Shown: positions 1 to 14,000, counted from the first letter of the stretch. The stretch: DNA of 64,000 bases from Phaeosaccion multiseriatum (GCA_965112735.1 OZ218960.1:1922001-1986000); one strand, 5' to 3'. The notes: generated by a model not told the origin, from the sequence alone. A program made the numbers and translations.

Positions 1-68
1 CTGCCTTCCTTCCACACGTCTGCCTCTCGACGCCCCTGTCCATCGGCCTGCCTGCCAGTGTGTCTCAC

Positions 69-191
69 CCGTGCGCACTCGTTGAAACACTTGTGCACGA
101 GAGAGTTGTACATCCGTAGCGAGTCGCGCTGCTGAAGCTGTTGGATCTGGCCCATTACTTCCTCCTGCATCTGCTGCGGGTTGGGGTTCAT
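69..191 (-). CDS. TIM9: Mitochondrial small Tim chaperone Tim9, first coding exon; the rest lies beyond the window start
   Basis: Not in the ORF track. Minus strand from ATG 191 reads MNPNPQQMQEEVMGQIQQLQQRDSLRMYNSLVHKCFNECAR, then a GTGAGA donor at 68. This matches the Tim9 pattern Q..D..R.YN.LV..CF..C, the first CX3C motif. Confidence 0.85.
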
Positions 192-212
192 CTTGTCCAC
201 CCTTCTCTTAAA

Positions 213-213
<1 letters not shown>

Positions 214-285
<72 letters not shown>

Positions 286-430
286 CTCCTCCTCCTCCTC
301 CTCCTCTTCCTTCTGTCTCCCTTCTGTGGGCCTGCTGCTGCTTGGGAAATAGGTGAATTACTTTTAGTTCCCTCCCTCGCCCTCTGTCCTCCTCCTCCTC
401 CTCCTCCTCCTCGTCCTCCTCCTCCTCCTT
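214..430. repeat. (CTA)n then (CCT)n microsatellites between TIM9 and U2AF2
   Basis: Read directly: CTA run about 214-284; CCT runs about 284-305 and 388-430. Confidence 0.95.
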
Positions 431-891
431 TCTAAGTAAAACTGGTAAGTAGGGGAGAACCGATGGCTTCTAAAGCAGCTCTTCTCTGCTGCTGCTATGG
501 GTCCTGGCGCTGTCTCGTGAGTGATGATTATCTCGAGGGAAGAGGAGAGAGAGAGGGAATGCCCTAATCCCTGGGTATCCCTTTTCCGTCTTACCTTCAT
601 ACCTCGGATAGATGCGTTCCCCCTCGACGGCCGGCCACCGTAATCCTGGTCTCGCGACCCCTTCTGCGCTACTGCCTTCATTCCGTCAGGAGGGGCTGTA
701 GGTGCAAGCTGTGCACCCATTGCACGTACTCTAAGGTGGTTGCATATTGGGTGTTCACCCATAAACGGTGGGGACGATCTTTTGGGATTTGCTTGCCTCT
801 CTCTCCCTCCACAGCTTGGTGAGCCTTGCGGAAGGGCATAGAAGAAGCTGGCAACAGCAACAACAGCAGCTGGGAGCATTACTCGGTAGCC

Positions 892-3448
892 ATGGCGGGC
901 CGGGGTAGGGGAAGGGCCAACACACTCCCGGCATGGATGACCGCCGAGGGCAAGGGAGGAGTAGAGGCCCAAGCCCCACAGCCCGGAGGACTGAACGGAG
1001 ATAGCCATGAAGGATACCGTGGAGGTGGAGAGGCCTCCTACCCTGCTGCCGCGGCTGCAGATCAGCAGCAGCAGTTCGCGGACGCCCCTTCTGGACCTCC
1101 CAGCGGCGGCGGTGGTGGCAGGGACGGTGGCAGGGACGGTGGCAGGGACGGTGGCAGGGACGACTATCGAGACTCACGGGGAGGGGACGGGAGGGGGTAC
1201 GGAGGAGGGGACGCGAGGGGGTACGGGGGAGGAGGGGGGAGGGGCAGAGACTTCGATCGCGGGGGCGGTGATCGGTACAGAGGAGGGGGGGACCGAGGAG
1301 GAGGAGGGGGCTACCGAGGTGGGGGAGGAGGGCATCGAGGAGGCTTCCGGAACAGGCGTCCTCGGAGCCCGAGTCGCAGCACTAGTCGAGACAGGGAGCG
1401 ACGAGCCGCAAGAAGGGAGCGAAGGGCGGCGCGAGGCAACATGTGGGACATGAAGCCTGCGGGGGTGGACGATGAGACCGCAAAGCAACTCATGGCGGCG
1501 GCCATTCTGCAGCAAAACGCACCCGCCTCCAACCTCAGCATCTCCGGAGGGCACCTGAACAAGTCGGGAGGGGGAGGCGGGGGAGGGGGTGGGGGAGGAA
1601 GGGACGGGGGGATGATGGGGGTGAGCATGCAGCAAACCCGCCACGCCCGGAGGCTCTATGTCGGAGGCGTGCCTCCGGTGGACGACGAGGAGCTGAAAGC
1701 CTTTTTCAACGAAACCATCCACAAAGCCACGGAGGGGAGGGTGCAATTCGAGGGGGGTAGTCCCGTGGTGGACGTGTACCTCAACCGCGATCGGGGCTTT
1801 GCGTTTGTGGAGCTCCGAAGTGTGGAGCTCACCTCAGCGGCGTGCGGGCTGGACGGCATTTCCTTCCGCGGTCAGCAGATGAAGGTCCGGCGCCCCAGTG
1901 ACTACAACCCCGCGCAGGTGCCCCCCACCAGCGGCCCGCCCGTGCATTTCAACATGGCGGCACTAGGGGTGGTATCAACGACTGTCCCCGACGGACCTGG
2001 CAAGGTGTTTTTGGGGGGCATCCCCTACCACTTGTCCGAAGAGCAGGTTAAGGAGCTCGTGTCGGCGTTTGGATCGCTCAAGGCGTTTCATTTGGTGCGA
2101 GACGCAGGCTCCCCGACAAGCAAGGGCTATGGTTTCTGCGAGTACCTTGATCCTTCTGTAACGGCAGCGGCGTGTGCGGGGCTCAACGGCATGCAGCTCG
2201 GGGACAAGACGCTTACGGTAAGTGGGCTAAGTTGGGCTTAGTTAGCTTGGTGTGTGGTGGGGAGGGAGGGAGGGAGGGGAAGAGACGTTCGCCATTGTCC
2301 TCCGTTTTCACCTCACAGTGCTGTGCTGTTGCTGCTACTCCTGTTGGTGCTCTCCCCTGCACTTGCTCGGAGTGAAGTGCGGCGAAGTAGCTGCCCCAGA
2401 GGCTCGTGTGTATGTGGGCTGTTGTTGTTGTTGGTGTTGGTGTTGAGGACTGTTTTGAGTGGCGGCGGTTACTTTTCAGACGAGTATGTGGTTGAGAGAG
2501 AGATGTGTGGGTCGACGGAAAGGCTGCCCCGAGAGAGAGAGACCGAGAGGGACGGAGGGAGGCCTTCGTCGAAGGCTTACCTCGCACCGCACGCACGCAC
2601 GCACACAGTCATTCGTGTGTAAACTCTCAAGTAGACAAAGCGATCTTCCTTCCTTTGATCCTTCTCACCACCGCCCTTCCTCTACCTCCTCCCTCCCTCT
2701 CTCTCCCTCCCCTTTCCCTCCTCCCTCCCCCCTCCCCCCCTTTCTCATTCCACAGGTGCGTATGGCGACATCCACGCAAGACGCCCGGTCCGCCGCTGCA
2801 GTATCAGGCACCGCCAATGCTGCCATGGGGATGCCCCAGGGGGGGATGGGGGGCGCTGTGGGAGGTATGGGAATGCCTCCGGCGGGAGGGGGGGTAGGAG
2901 GGCCCACGCCAGAGGAGCAGGCCCAGCTTGCGTTGGCAATGGCGGCTCTGGACCCCGCCACGGCCCAGCAGCATATGGCGGTGCAGGGGCAGCAGTTGGG
3001 GACACAGCAGGGACAACAGATGGCAGTGCCGGGTATGCAGATGCTGCCGGGTATGCCGGGTAGTGCGCACAACCAAATGCCCCCCGGGGTGATGGCGGGG
3101 ATGGCACCAGAAGCCACCGAGAGTGCGATTGCGGCCAACTTGGTCAAGACCATGGTGCCCACGACCGTTTTGGTACTGACGAACATGGTAACCGAGGAGG
3201 AGCTCCAAGACCCGACGGAGTATGAGGACATTAAGGAAGACATTGAAGGGGAGTGCGGTAAGCACGGGAGGGTGCTACGCGTGGTGCTGCCCAAGCCTGG
3301 CGAGGCGGATGTGGGCAAGGTGTTGATTCAGTACAGCTCGGCAGAGGAGGCGAGGACGGCGGCGTTGAATTTGGCGGGCAGACAGTTCGCGCAGAGGATT
3401 GTCAAGGCCGAGTACTTGGGGGAGGCAGAGTTTGCGGCAAGATTTTGA
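892..3448 (+). CDS. U2AF2: U2 snRNP auxiliary factor large subunit (U2AF65)
   Basis: Exons 892-2217 and 2756-3448 (GTAAGT...CACAG, phase 0). RS/RGG N-terminus, ULM-like RGNMWDMKP, RRM1 (TRHARRLYVGG...RGFAFVELRS), RRM2 (KVFLGGIP...SKGYGFCEY), C-terminal UHM (TTVLVLTNMV...YEDIKEDIEGECGKHG...GRQFAQRIV). Confidence 0.96.
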
Positions 3449-4278
3449 AGTACTGAATTGATGGTTTCATTAGGTTGTTAGGCAAGGAGGGGAAAGAGAG
3501 AGGAGGGAGAAGAGGGAAGGGGGATTAGAGGGTGGAGGAGAAGAGGAGACGAGGAAAGAAGGGATCAGGTCGGATGGGGCGGGCGGGGGATGGTTGTACA
3601 GCATCCGGCTCGGCTTCAACGATCACGTTACGGTTACACTCGGACCGGCAGAGGTAGAGGCTGGCTGGTTGGTTGGTTGGTTGACGGGCTGGCTGGTTGG
3701 TGGGTTGGCTGGCCGCGGGTTTTGAGTGACCGGTCGGTCCCAACCAAAGCTGAGGCTCTAATGAGAGGAGAAAGGAAGGAGGGGGGGGGACATGGAGGAC
3801 GAGGATATTTCGATAACGATCTTTTGACTCGGGGGTTTGGGTAGGGTCTGAGACTGGGGGGTGGGCTGACGGATGGCGTGGTGGGTAGGAAGGATGGTAA
3901 TAGATGGCCTGATGAGTAGGAAGGATGGTATGGAGGGGTGAATAGAACTTCTTCGTTTCTTTGTTCTTACTTCTTACTTCTTTCCTTTCTCCTTCATCGT
4001 GACAAAATCTCTTTCGTAGACGATACAAGTGCGGCTTCCTTGGGCCTATGAAGGAGGAACAAAGGCAGGCAGGCAGGCTCACTCACTCACTCACTCACTT
4101 CAGCTCGAGCCTGAGCCTGTCAGGGACGAAGGAAGGGAGGCCGGCACCCACTCGCTCACCCACTCCCTCCCTCACTCACCCACCCACTCCCTCACTCCGT
4201 CTCTGAGGAAATAAGCAAGGAAAGAAGAAAGCGAAGGCAGGCCCATTCACTCCCTCACTCACTCACTCACTCACGTAC

Positions 4279-7200
4279 TCACTCCACCTCCGGCCTCTCA
4301 TACGTGCTCTCCCCCGAGCTGTGGCTGTAGTAATACGCGATGCTCTGGTCGTCAAAATGCACCTCCCACACACTCCCATCCTTGGCCAGCAGCTGCTCTG
4401 GCTCCCCCTGCCGTACCACCAACTGCTGCTCATTGTAGGCGCCCGCCTCCCCCCCCCAGCCCTGCGTGTGCAGCTGCTGCTGCCCCTCCTGGTGGTTGTG
4501 CCCCTGCCAAAAGGCGGACTGTGGAAGGGAGGGAGGGGAGAGGGAGAGAGGGAGGGAGGGAGGGAGAGAGGGAGGGAAAGGGAGGGACAGGGCACGCGTT
4601 CGTTATTGGTATTGATTGGGTGTGAATGGGTTGGGTTTATAGCGTTGTTGTGCTTCTTGTACCAGGGCGGCATCGAGTCCCCTCCCTGCTGTATCACCAA
4701 CTTGCATGCTTGCTTTTGCGTACGTACCTCATTGGCCAGGGGCTCGTAGTCCCAGCTCTCGTCCGACACCTGCTGCTGCTGCTGCTCCTGTCCATACTCC
4801 AGCTGCTCATACGGCTGCTGGTCCTGTCCATACACCTGCTCCTGCTGTCCGTACTCCAGCTGCCCATATGACTGTTGCTGTTGCTGCTGCTGCTGATCCC
4901 AGCCTAGTGAGTTGTCGTACAGCCCGGCACCCTCCACCCACCCCTCCGGCGCGTCGTAGAGAGACTCGCCCGTCCGACTGTGACAGAGGGTGATGCAGCA
5001 GCATCAGTTGGTGGTACAGCAACATCAGTTGGTGATACAGCAGCATCAGTTGGTGATGCAAGCAGCATCAGTTGGTGATACAGCAGCATCAGTTGGTGAT
5101 ACAGCAGCATCAGTTGGTGATACGGCAGCAGAGGAGGAGAGGAGTTGAGGAGGACCATCACGCAAATACACACACACACGCTCCCTCCCTCCCTCCCTCC
5201 CTCCCCAACCCCCCTCAACCCTTCTTCTCACCTATTGTAGAAGAAGTCTCTCTCGTGCGCCCCCACCTCCGCCCCTCCTTCTGTAACTGCCGCCGCTTCG
5301 TACCGTTCCCACTCCCCCTGCACCTCTGTAGGCTCTCTCTCGGGCGCCACTCGGAGCTGATACCCGTTGATGTCGTCTTGTTCGATGTCAGTGGGCCACT
5401 TGCTTGGGAAGTCTCCTTCGCCGTAGTCCACGCGTTGGCCGTAGTAATCGTAGATGGTACGGAAGTTGTGGAATTTGCGTTTGCCACCTGTGTGTGTGTA
5501 TGTCAGTGGGTGTGTGTGTGTGTGTATGTGGGTGAGTGAGTTGGTGAAACAGAGAGAGAGAGCAACAGAGCGAGAGGGCAAACGAAGAGAAGCCATGAGG
5601 GCCCCTCTCTCCCTCCCTCCTTCCCTTCCTCCCCTCCCCTCCCCTCCCCCCCCCTCCCTCCCTCCCTCCCTCCCTCCCTCCCTCTTTCCCTCTCCTCCCT
5701 CCCTCCCTCCGTCCCTCCCTCCCTCCCTCTCCCTCCCCTCCCACTCACCTTTGTGCACTTTGGTCCAACAGGCCGAGCAGAAGTACTCATTGCACGTCGC
5801 ACACTCTGCGTATGCCTCAAAGAGCTCACAGTCTGAGCAAGTGGGGCGGGGCAGGAGCTCGAGGAAGTCTTGGGGTCGCCGCCATCGGACCTCTCCAGAC
5901 ACCTTTGGGGCGGGATAGGCAGTAGATGCATATGTATGCATTCGAATGCATATGTATGCATATGTATATATTGATGGGTGGAAAGGGGAAGGGGGAGGAC
6001 GATGAGGGAGAGAAGAGAGAAAGAGAGAAAGAGAGAGGGAGGGGGGGGGGGGAGGGAGACATCCAACTGCCAACCCCACCCCCCACCCACCACGCAATCA
6101 TTGACTTACCTTGTTGTAGTAAAAGTTGCACTGCTTGTCGGTGTCGAACATCTCCTTCCATCTTGCCATGTGCAGGAGCTTGCGTTCCTTCGCCTCCCTC
6201 ACCCCCAAGCAGCCCCTCCAGCCCGCCTGTTTCATGCGTTTCATTCGGTTTCAGGGTCAGTGAATTAGACACCATCGCATGACGTACCCCAACACCAATC
6301 AAGAGAAGATGGACATCGATATCGATATCGATTATCCTTACATGGGCACACCTGAATGTCGCGAGTGTGACATACACCATACATACAAAATATACATCAG
6401 ATTACGTAAGACTACGTACCTGAATGGCGGTGGCAGCCCAAGCATTGAGCTTGACAAGCTGCTTAATCTCCTCCAAGTGCTCCTGTCGGAGCCCCACCGC
6501 ATCTCGCTTGACACAAGCCCCGCGGTAGCGCCGTTGGATGTACACAGCCGCCTCCTCCATCTGCGCCAACTTTGACCCCCTCTCCTGCTGTAGCGCCTTG
6601 ACCGCCAGCCGGGCCCCCCGCCCCCTCCATACCCGTTGTATATCCAGTGATGCTTGTATCTGCACGGCTTCCTTCCATGCCTTGCGGAGGGCCACGAAGC
6701 GTACACGCTGCACGCTGCCTGTGAGGGTTAACGGATGGGGGGGGGGTGTTATTTGGGAACGGGAAGGGCGTGTTCGCGAGTGTTTTAACGGGTAGTTAAG
6801 GAAGCATGGATGTTAACGAGTGTAATGGGTTGTAACGGTGGGTGGGACGAGGGCGTTTGTTTTGACTGAAATGGGGGGAGGGAAAGACAAGCAAGGGAGA
6901 TAGAGAAGGGAGCGTTAACATGAAACACGAAACATGGAATGTTAACATGAAACATGAAACATGAACGTTACCTCGGTAGTGGCGCTGGATGGTGATGGCG
7001 GAGGCGTCTCTGTGCGCCCGTAGCACCAACTTTTCATGGAGAATATTGCGGCAGCGCCAAGAGCGGAAGTTCTTCTGCAGCACTGTGGCGCTGCCTCCCT
7101 CTCGCTCTCGCAGCAGGCGTAAGCGGCGCTTCAATTCGTTGAGGTTCGCCCTGCAATTGATTGCACAGGGGTTAAAAAGGAGGGTTAGGAGAGAGTAATA

Positions 7201-7941
7201 AGGGCTTAAGGAGGGGTAAAGCAGGAGGGAGTTAATGGCTTATGGATACGAGGCGAGAGGCCCTCACAACTATCATCCATTGACCCCCCGCCCCTCCCCC
7301 CCTCCCTCCCTCCCTCCCCTTCCCCCTTACCTGGCCCGGAAGCCTCTATAAGACTTCTGCACCCTCCGTGCGGCCTGATCTTGCCTCCTCCACAGCTCCC
7401 TTGCTTCGCTCCTTAGGATGAAGAACTGCCTCCTTGCCACATGTCCTGGACGGGCATTAACAGGTGTTGACAGGTGGAAGGAGGGGATTAGTTAGGTATT
7501 AACGGGTAATAACGGGTATTAGTAAACAGGATCATATGAGGGGGGAAGAGGAGAGGGCTGAGGCTTAAGAACGGGCATTCGCGGGTGTGGTATTCGGTGG
7601 TAATGAGATGAAAAGGGGGAAAAGGAGAGGGGCGTTATAGTGAAGGTTACCTCGGTAGTGGCGCTGCAGCAGACGAGCCGCCGCCTCATGTATCCGCCGC
7701 TGCTCTTCCCTAAGGATCTGTGGGTGCGTGCGTGAGGTGGGTGGGGGGGTCGGTGGGTGAGTGGGTGGGCGGGTGGGTAGATGGGTGCGTGGGTGGGTGA
7801 GTGAGTGGGTGGGCGGGTGGTGGGTGGGTGAGTGGGTGAGTGGGCGAGAGGGCGTGTGTGTGTGAGTGCATGTGGGTGGGTGGGTGGGTGTGTGGGTGGG
7901 TGGGCGTGTGGGTGGGTAAGGGTGAGGGTGTGTGGGTGTGT

Positions 7942-8003
<62 letters not shown>

Positions 8004-11000
8004 ACGTGTACTTGTACGTGTGTGTTGTGTGTTTGAGATTTCGATTCTCAATATTCTGTCGAGCACATTCAATGTCCCTCCCATCCACTGCCATCCACTG
8101 CCCATCCCTTCCTCCGTTCCCATCCCTCTGCCCCATCCATCCACTGCCATCCCTCTACCCCCTCCCATCCACTACCATCTCTCTGCCCCCTTGTCATCAA
8201 CTGGCATCCACTGCCATCACCTGCCATCCACTGCCATCCTGCCTCACTCACCACGAGGATTGCCGCACGCCGCCGGGCAAGCACGCCTCGCCACACACGC
8301 TACGGAGGGAGGGGAGGGGAGGGGAGGTGGAGGGGAGGGGAGGGGAGGGGGAGAACAATCAGAGAACGGATCAAGCAAGGACGTGAGCAGCAGCAGTAGA
8401 GACAAATCACTCTTACTCTCTCTCCGTGATGAGTGAGAGAGCGAGCACGCGCCACCTGCATCTCCCCGCCTCCTCCTCCTCCTCCTCCTCCTCCTCCTCC
8501 TCCTCCTCCTCCTCCTCCTCCTCCTCCTCCTCCCCCTCCTCCTCCTCCTCCTCCTCCTCCTCCTCCTCCTCCTCCTCCTCCTCCTCCTCATTTCTTCCGT
8601 TCTTCCTTCTACTGCTATCTTCGTTCTACTACCTTCCTCCTGCCTGTCTTCCTTCCTACCTTCCTGCCTTCCCTCCTTCCCTCCTTCCTTCCTCCCTACC
8701 TTCCTCCCCACCTTCCTCCCTACCTGGCTGCCTTCCTGCCTTCCTTCCTGCCTGCCTTCAATACTTCCTTCCTCCTACCTCTCTCCCTTCCACTCTACCT
8801 TCCTCCTGCTACCTTCTTCCTACCTGTATGTCTATGACCCTCTCAGTTATCCAACGCTGCCTCCTTGCCTCCTCGAGCTCTGCGCGAAGCATGCGTGCCA
8901 AGCCCTTGCGCCTGGGGAAAGCGTCAGATGGCAGTGGATGGGAACAGTCAGATGGCAAGTGGATGGGGGGGGGGCGAGGGGTGTAATCCGTGGGGGAGTG
9001 GGTGAGTGGGTGGGCGTGAGTGGGTGGGTGGGTGGGTGGATGGGTGGGTAGGGCCTCTCCCCTCCTCTCCCCTCCTCTCCCCTCCTCTCCCCTCCTCTCC
9101 CCTCCTCTCCCCTCCTCTCCCCTCCTCTCCCCTCCTCTCCCCTCCTCTCCCCTCCTCTCCCCTCCTCTCCCCTCCTATCCCCTCCTCTCCCCTCCTCTCC
9201 CTTTCTCACCCCTCCTCTCCCTTTCTCTCCCCCCCTCTCCCCTCCTCCCCTCCTCTCCCGTCCTCTCCCGTCCTCTCCCCTCCCCTCCCCTCCTCTCCCG
9301 TCCTCTCCCCTCCTCTCCCTTTCTCTCCCCTCCCCTCCCCTCCTCTCCCCTCCTCTCCCCTCCTCTCCCCTCCTCTCCCCTCCTCTCCCCTCCTCTCCCC
9401 TCCTCTCCCCTCCTCTCCCTTTCTCTCCCCTCCTCTTCCTTTCTCTCCCCCCCTCTCCCCTCCTCTCCCCTCCTCTCCCTTTCTCACCCCTCCTCTCCCT
9501 TTCCCCCCCCCCCTCTCCCCTCCTCTCCCCTCCTCTCCCCTCCTCTCCCCTCCTCTCCCCTCCTCTCCCCTCCTCCCCTCCTCTCCCCTCCTCTCCCGTC
9601 CTCTCCCCTCCTCTCCCCTCCTCTCCCGTCCTCTCCCCTCCTCTCCCCTCCCCTCCCCTCCCCTCCTCTCCTCTCCCTTTCTATCCCCTCCTCCTCTCCC
9701 CTCCTCTCCCCTCCTCTCCCCCCCCCTTCTGTCGTCTCATCTTACCAAATAGTCTGAATGAGAACCGCAGCCTTGACGTTCTTCTCCCTTGCCTTTTGAA
9801 GCATTTTCAGATATTCCATCCCCTTCTTCTTCCTCCACAGCCGCAGAAGGCGCTCTGCCAGCCACTCCATCACGCGCATCTCTGCCCGCCGGGCCTTTGG
9901 TCGGGAGGAGAGAGAGGAAGGGGAGGGAGGGGAGGGAGGGGAGGGAGAGGAAGGAGGGGAGGGAGGGGAGGGAGGGAGGGAGAGGGCAGGAGATAGGGAA
10001 AGAGAGAGGGGACGATGGAGAGACTGAGTGAGTTGGTCATTCAGGAGAGGAACCTCGGTCACTCGATCGCTACCTCCCTCATACTGAAGCGGAACCTCAA
10101 ACTCAAGCTGGAGCGGAACCTCAAACTGAAACTGAAACTGAAACTCCTCCGTCTCCTCTGTCCTGACATACCCCTCCTTCCCTGTCCCAACACCATGTGC
10201 TGCACCCAAGAGTACGCAGCTGCCACCCACCTTTTCCTTCCTGGCGACGACTATTCTGTAACTGCTCTGTATCTTGACCACCCCCACTGACATACTGTGA
10301 TAGTGCTTCATGTTGATGCGGTCGGGCGTCCGACTCAGGGGCACGATGCCCAGCCAAGCCTCCGTTGACTTTTGATTCATTGATGGAGTGGCCAGGCATG
10401 TCGGTAGGAAGGTAGGAAGGTAGGAAGGTAGGAAGGTAGGTAGGTAGGTAGGTAGGTAGGTGGGTAGGTAGGTAGGTAGGTAGGTAGGTAGGTAGGTGGG
10501 TAGGTAGGTAGGTAGGTAGGTAGGTAGGTAGATAGGTAGGTAGGTAGGTAGGTAGGTAGGTAGGTAGGTAGGGAGGTAGGTAGGTAGGCCGGAAGGAGAC
10601 AGGCAGGTAGGTAGGTAGGTAGGTAGGTAGGTAGGTAGGTAGGTAGGTAGGTAGGTAGGAAGGTAGGGGGGTAGGTAGGTAGGTAGGTAGGTAGGGGGGT
10701 AGGTAGGCAGGTAGGTAGGTAGGTAGGTAGGTAGGTAGGTAGGTACGTACGTAGGTAGGAAGGAGGGAGGGAGGCAGGGAGGTAGGTCGGAATGAAATAA
10801 GAGGACCCAGTCAGCCCAGACCAGACCAGGGTGGGGTGGGGTGGGTCAGTTGATTGCAGGCCACACAAAAGGGAGAGGGGGGAGAGGAGAGATGGTAGTG
10901 AGTCGAGCGAGTCTTAAAGACAGGGAAAGGAACGGGAACGGAAGTGTGAATCGCTGTCAAACGCCACTCTTCCTTTACTTCCACTCCCTCGCTCTCTCTC

Positions 11001-14000
11001 TTCCTCCGTCCCTCCCATCCTCCCATCCTCCCTCTCTCCTTCCGTCCTTCCCTCCTTCCCTCCCTCCCTCCCTCCCTCACTCACTCCCTCCTCCACTCCA
11101 CTCCGCTCCACTCCACTCCACTCCCTCCCTCCCTCCCTCCCCCCCCTCCCCCTCCTCCCCCCGCTCGCCCACCTCAAACCACTAACCTTGACTCGGCTGT
11201 ATGGATAGCGCTCCGCCAGTACTGTAATTCCTGCACTTGTCGCTTTGGTGCCTCGGACGTTAAGCGTCGCGAGGGATGGACACCCGTCAGCCAACCACTG
11301 CACCCCTGGGGAAGGGAAGGGAAGGGGAGGGAGGGAGGGAGGGAGGGAGGGAGGGAGGGAGGGAGGGAGGGAGGGAGGGAGGGAGGGAGGGAGGGAGGGA
11401 GGGAGGGAGGGAGGGAGGGAAGGGAGAAGGGGTGGGATGGAGCGGGTTAGGCGACTCGAGCTCTCTGTCTCTCTTCTTCTTCTCCATGGTCTCTGTCTTT
11501 TCCCTCTCTACACACGTATGTACAGTCACATTCAGGTGGTAGGTGGGTAGGTAGGTAGGTAGGTAGATAGGTAGGTAGGTAGGTAGGTAGGTAGGTAGGT
11601 AGGTAGGTAGGTAGGTAGGTAGGCAGGCAGTTGGGTAGGGTTAGGTGGGTTGGTCTCTGCTTCTTCCCTCTCTACACACATACACAAACACACACACACG
11701 TAAGACATACGTAGGACATGCACCTCCCCTCCTTTCCCAAGTACTTACCTGCGCTGGTTAGTTCTTTGCAGTCAAAGAGAATGGCGGAGGTGAGGAGGGG
11801 CAGAGAGTACTCTTCGAAGTAAATCATGGCACTGTCCTGCAGCCCCTTGCAGCCCGTTAGGTTCAGCTGATGAAGGAGGGGGGGGAGGGAGGGAGGGAGG
11901 GAGGGAGAGGTGGGGAGATGAGCTGAAACTGAAACTGCCTGATACGTAGTATAACTGTCCTCTTACGTACCGATGTGAGCCTGTGACACCTCTGACACAC
12001 ACTCTTGAGCCCCGCCCTCCCAAAGTAACGGCAATGAGACAGGTTGAGGTGGCGGAGGGAGGGGCCGCATCGACGGGCGAAGTCATGGAGGAGGGCATCG
12101 CACACAACTTCGCCACAATCTGTCAGGTCCAGGGAGGTGAGGGAAGAGCAGCCCGCAGCCAGGGCACTTAAGCCTGAGGGGGGAGGGGCGTGGAGTGGCA
12201 GTCCATGGGCAGGGGGGCGGTGGCAGAGGATGAAAGGGTGATGGCAGTGGATGGTAGGGGGGGGGGGGTGTAGCGGGCGTTGGTGTCCGTCGTGCTTCCC
12301 TTTCTCTTCTCATTCGCCGCCCCCCATAAAGCCCCTCCCTCACCCCCTCCCACCCTCATCCCTCCCCCCTCTCCCTCCTCCCCACCCACCTCTGAGGGTC
12401 ATATCTGAGCAACTCTGCAGGGAGAGCGTCTGTAGTTTGCCCAGCCCCTGTCCGATGGCAGCCAATGCCAGTCTCTTGAGCTGAAAGCAGCGGTCCACTT
12501 TGAGGCTCAGCAGCCCGGGGCAGCACTGACCCAGGGCCTGCACACCTGTTGTCGTTGTTGTTGTTGTTGTTGTTGTTCAGCTTCAGTTTCAGGCTCGACT
12601 TCAGTTTCAGTTTTTGTTCTAGTTGGGGCTGGCTAGTTGGGGCCTGTCCATAGTGTCGATGTCGATTTCCTCTACGAATACTGGTATCGTGGTATCTTTT
12701 CCTCACCACACATACCACATACCTGCCATGGCGAAGTCCCGTTGAGTGCCATCGCTGAGCAAGTAAATGCCCGACAGATCGACATGTTGTAAAGCCTTGC
12801 ACCCCTCTGCCAGCACACCGACCCCCACGTCCGTAATGAGCTTGAGGTTGCGCAGAGAGAGCCATGAGAGGTGTGGGCAGTGCTCGGCCAGAGAGGTCAT
12901 GCCGGCGTTGCTGATCTTCACGCACTTGGACAGGTTCAGGTACTGTGGGTAGTAAGTCAATGGGTGGGTAGTTGAGTGAATGGGTGGGTGGGGTGGGTGG
13001 GTGACGGGGTAGGTGCGTGGGTGGGTGCGTAGGATGGATAGAATAGGATGGATGGTAACCTATAGGCCTACATGTATAGAGAAGGGAGGATGGCAATCTA
13101 TGATTGGCAATGTATGGATGGGATGGCAATCTATGGATGGGGTGGCGATGTATGGATGGTAACCTATGGGTCTACATACCTCGAGAGCGTGGCAGCCGAG
13201 ACTCAGCCAATTCACACCCACGTCGGTCACGTTATCACACCCTGTGCAGGAGGAAAGAGGCAAGGAGGGTAAGACGGGGGGAGGCAAGGAGGGAGGGAGG
13301 GAGGGAGGGAGGGAGGGAGGGAGGGAGGGAGGGAGGGAGGGAGGGAGGGAGGGAGGGAGGGAGGGAGGGAGGGAGGGAGGGAGGGAGGGAGGGAGGGAGG
13401 GAGGGAGGGAGGGAGGGAGGGAGGGAGGGAGGGAGGGAGGGAGGGAGGGAGGGAGGGAGGGAGCCAGCAAGCTCTAGTAAACAATCGCCTGCCTTCTGCC
13501 TGCCCATGAGCCGGCCTGCCCATATGCCTACACCTTACCTGCCAGATTGAGGTGGTGCAGGGCCTTGCAATTCTCTCCAAGCGCAAGCAAAGTGACGTCA
13601 TTGAGCTTGAAGGAGAAGTCCCTCCTGCTCAAGTCCAAGTACTCGAGGTCAGGACAGGCCTTTGCCACCTTCATCACACCCTCGTCAGAGATCTAGAGGG
13701 AGGGGGGGAGGGAGGGAGGGAAGGGCAATTGAGGCGGGTGAAGTGAAGCGGGATAAGTGAAGCGGGTGAACTGTCTTGTGGCGCTCCTCCGATCGATCCC
13801 GCCCCCCCTGCCCTTCTCTAGGCTGCTCCCCCTTCCCCTCCCTCCCGCCCCCCCCCCTTGCCGACTCGCTCACCCACCCACACACGCACGCACCCACGCA
13901 CCCACGCACCCACGTACCCACGCACCCACGCACCCACGCACCCACGCACGCGCCCACGTACCTGGCAGCACTGGGGAAGTCTAAGGTGCCTGAGGTGAGT

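Noticed and set aside
4995-5130. CRISPR-like appearance of the 21-bp array, and of the arrays at 25161-25253 and 40035-40120
   Set aside because: Units are directly adjacent with no unique spacers, there are no cas genes, and the context is eukaryotic.
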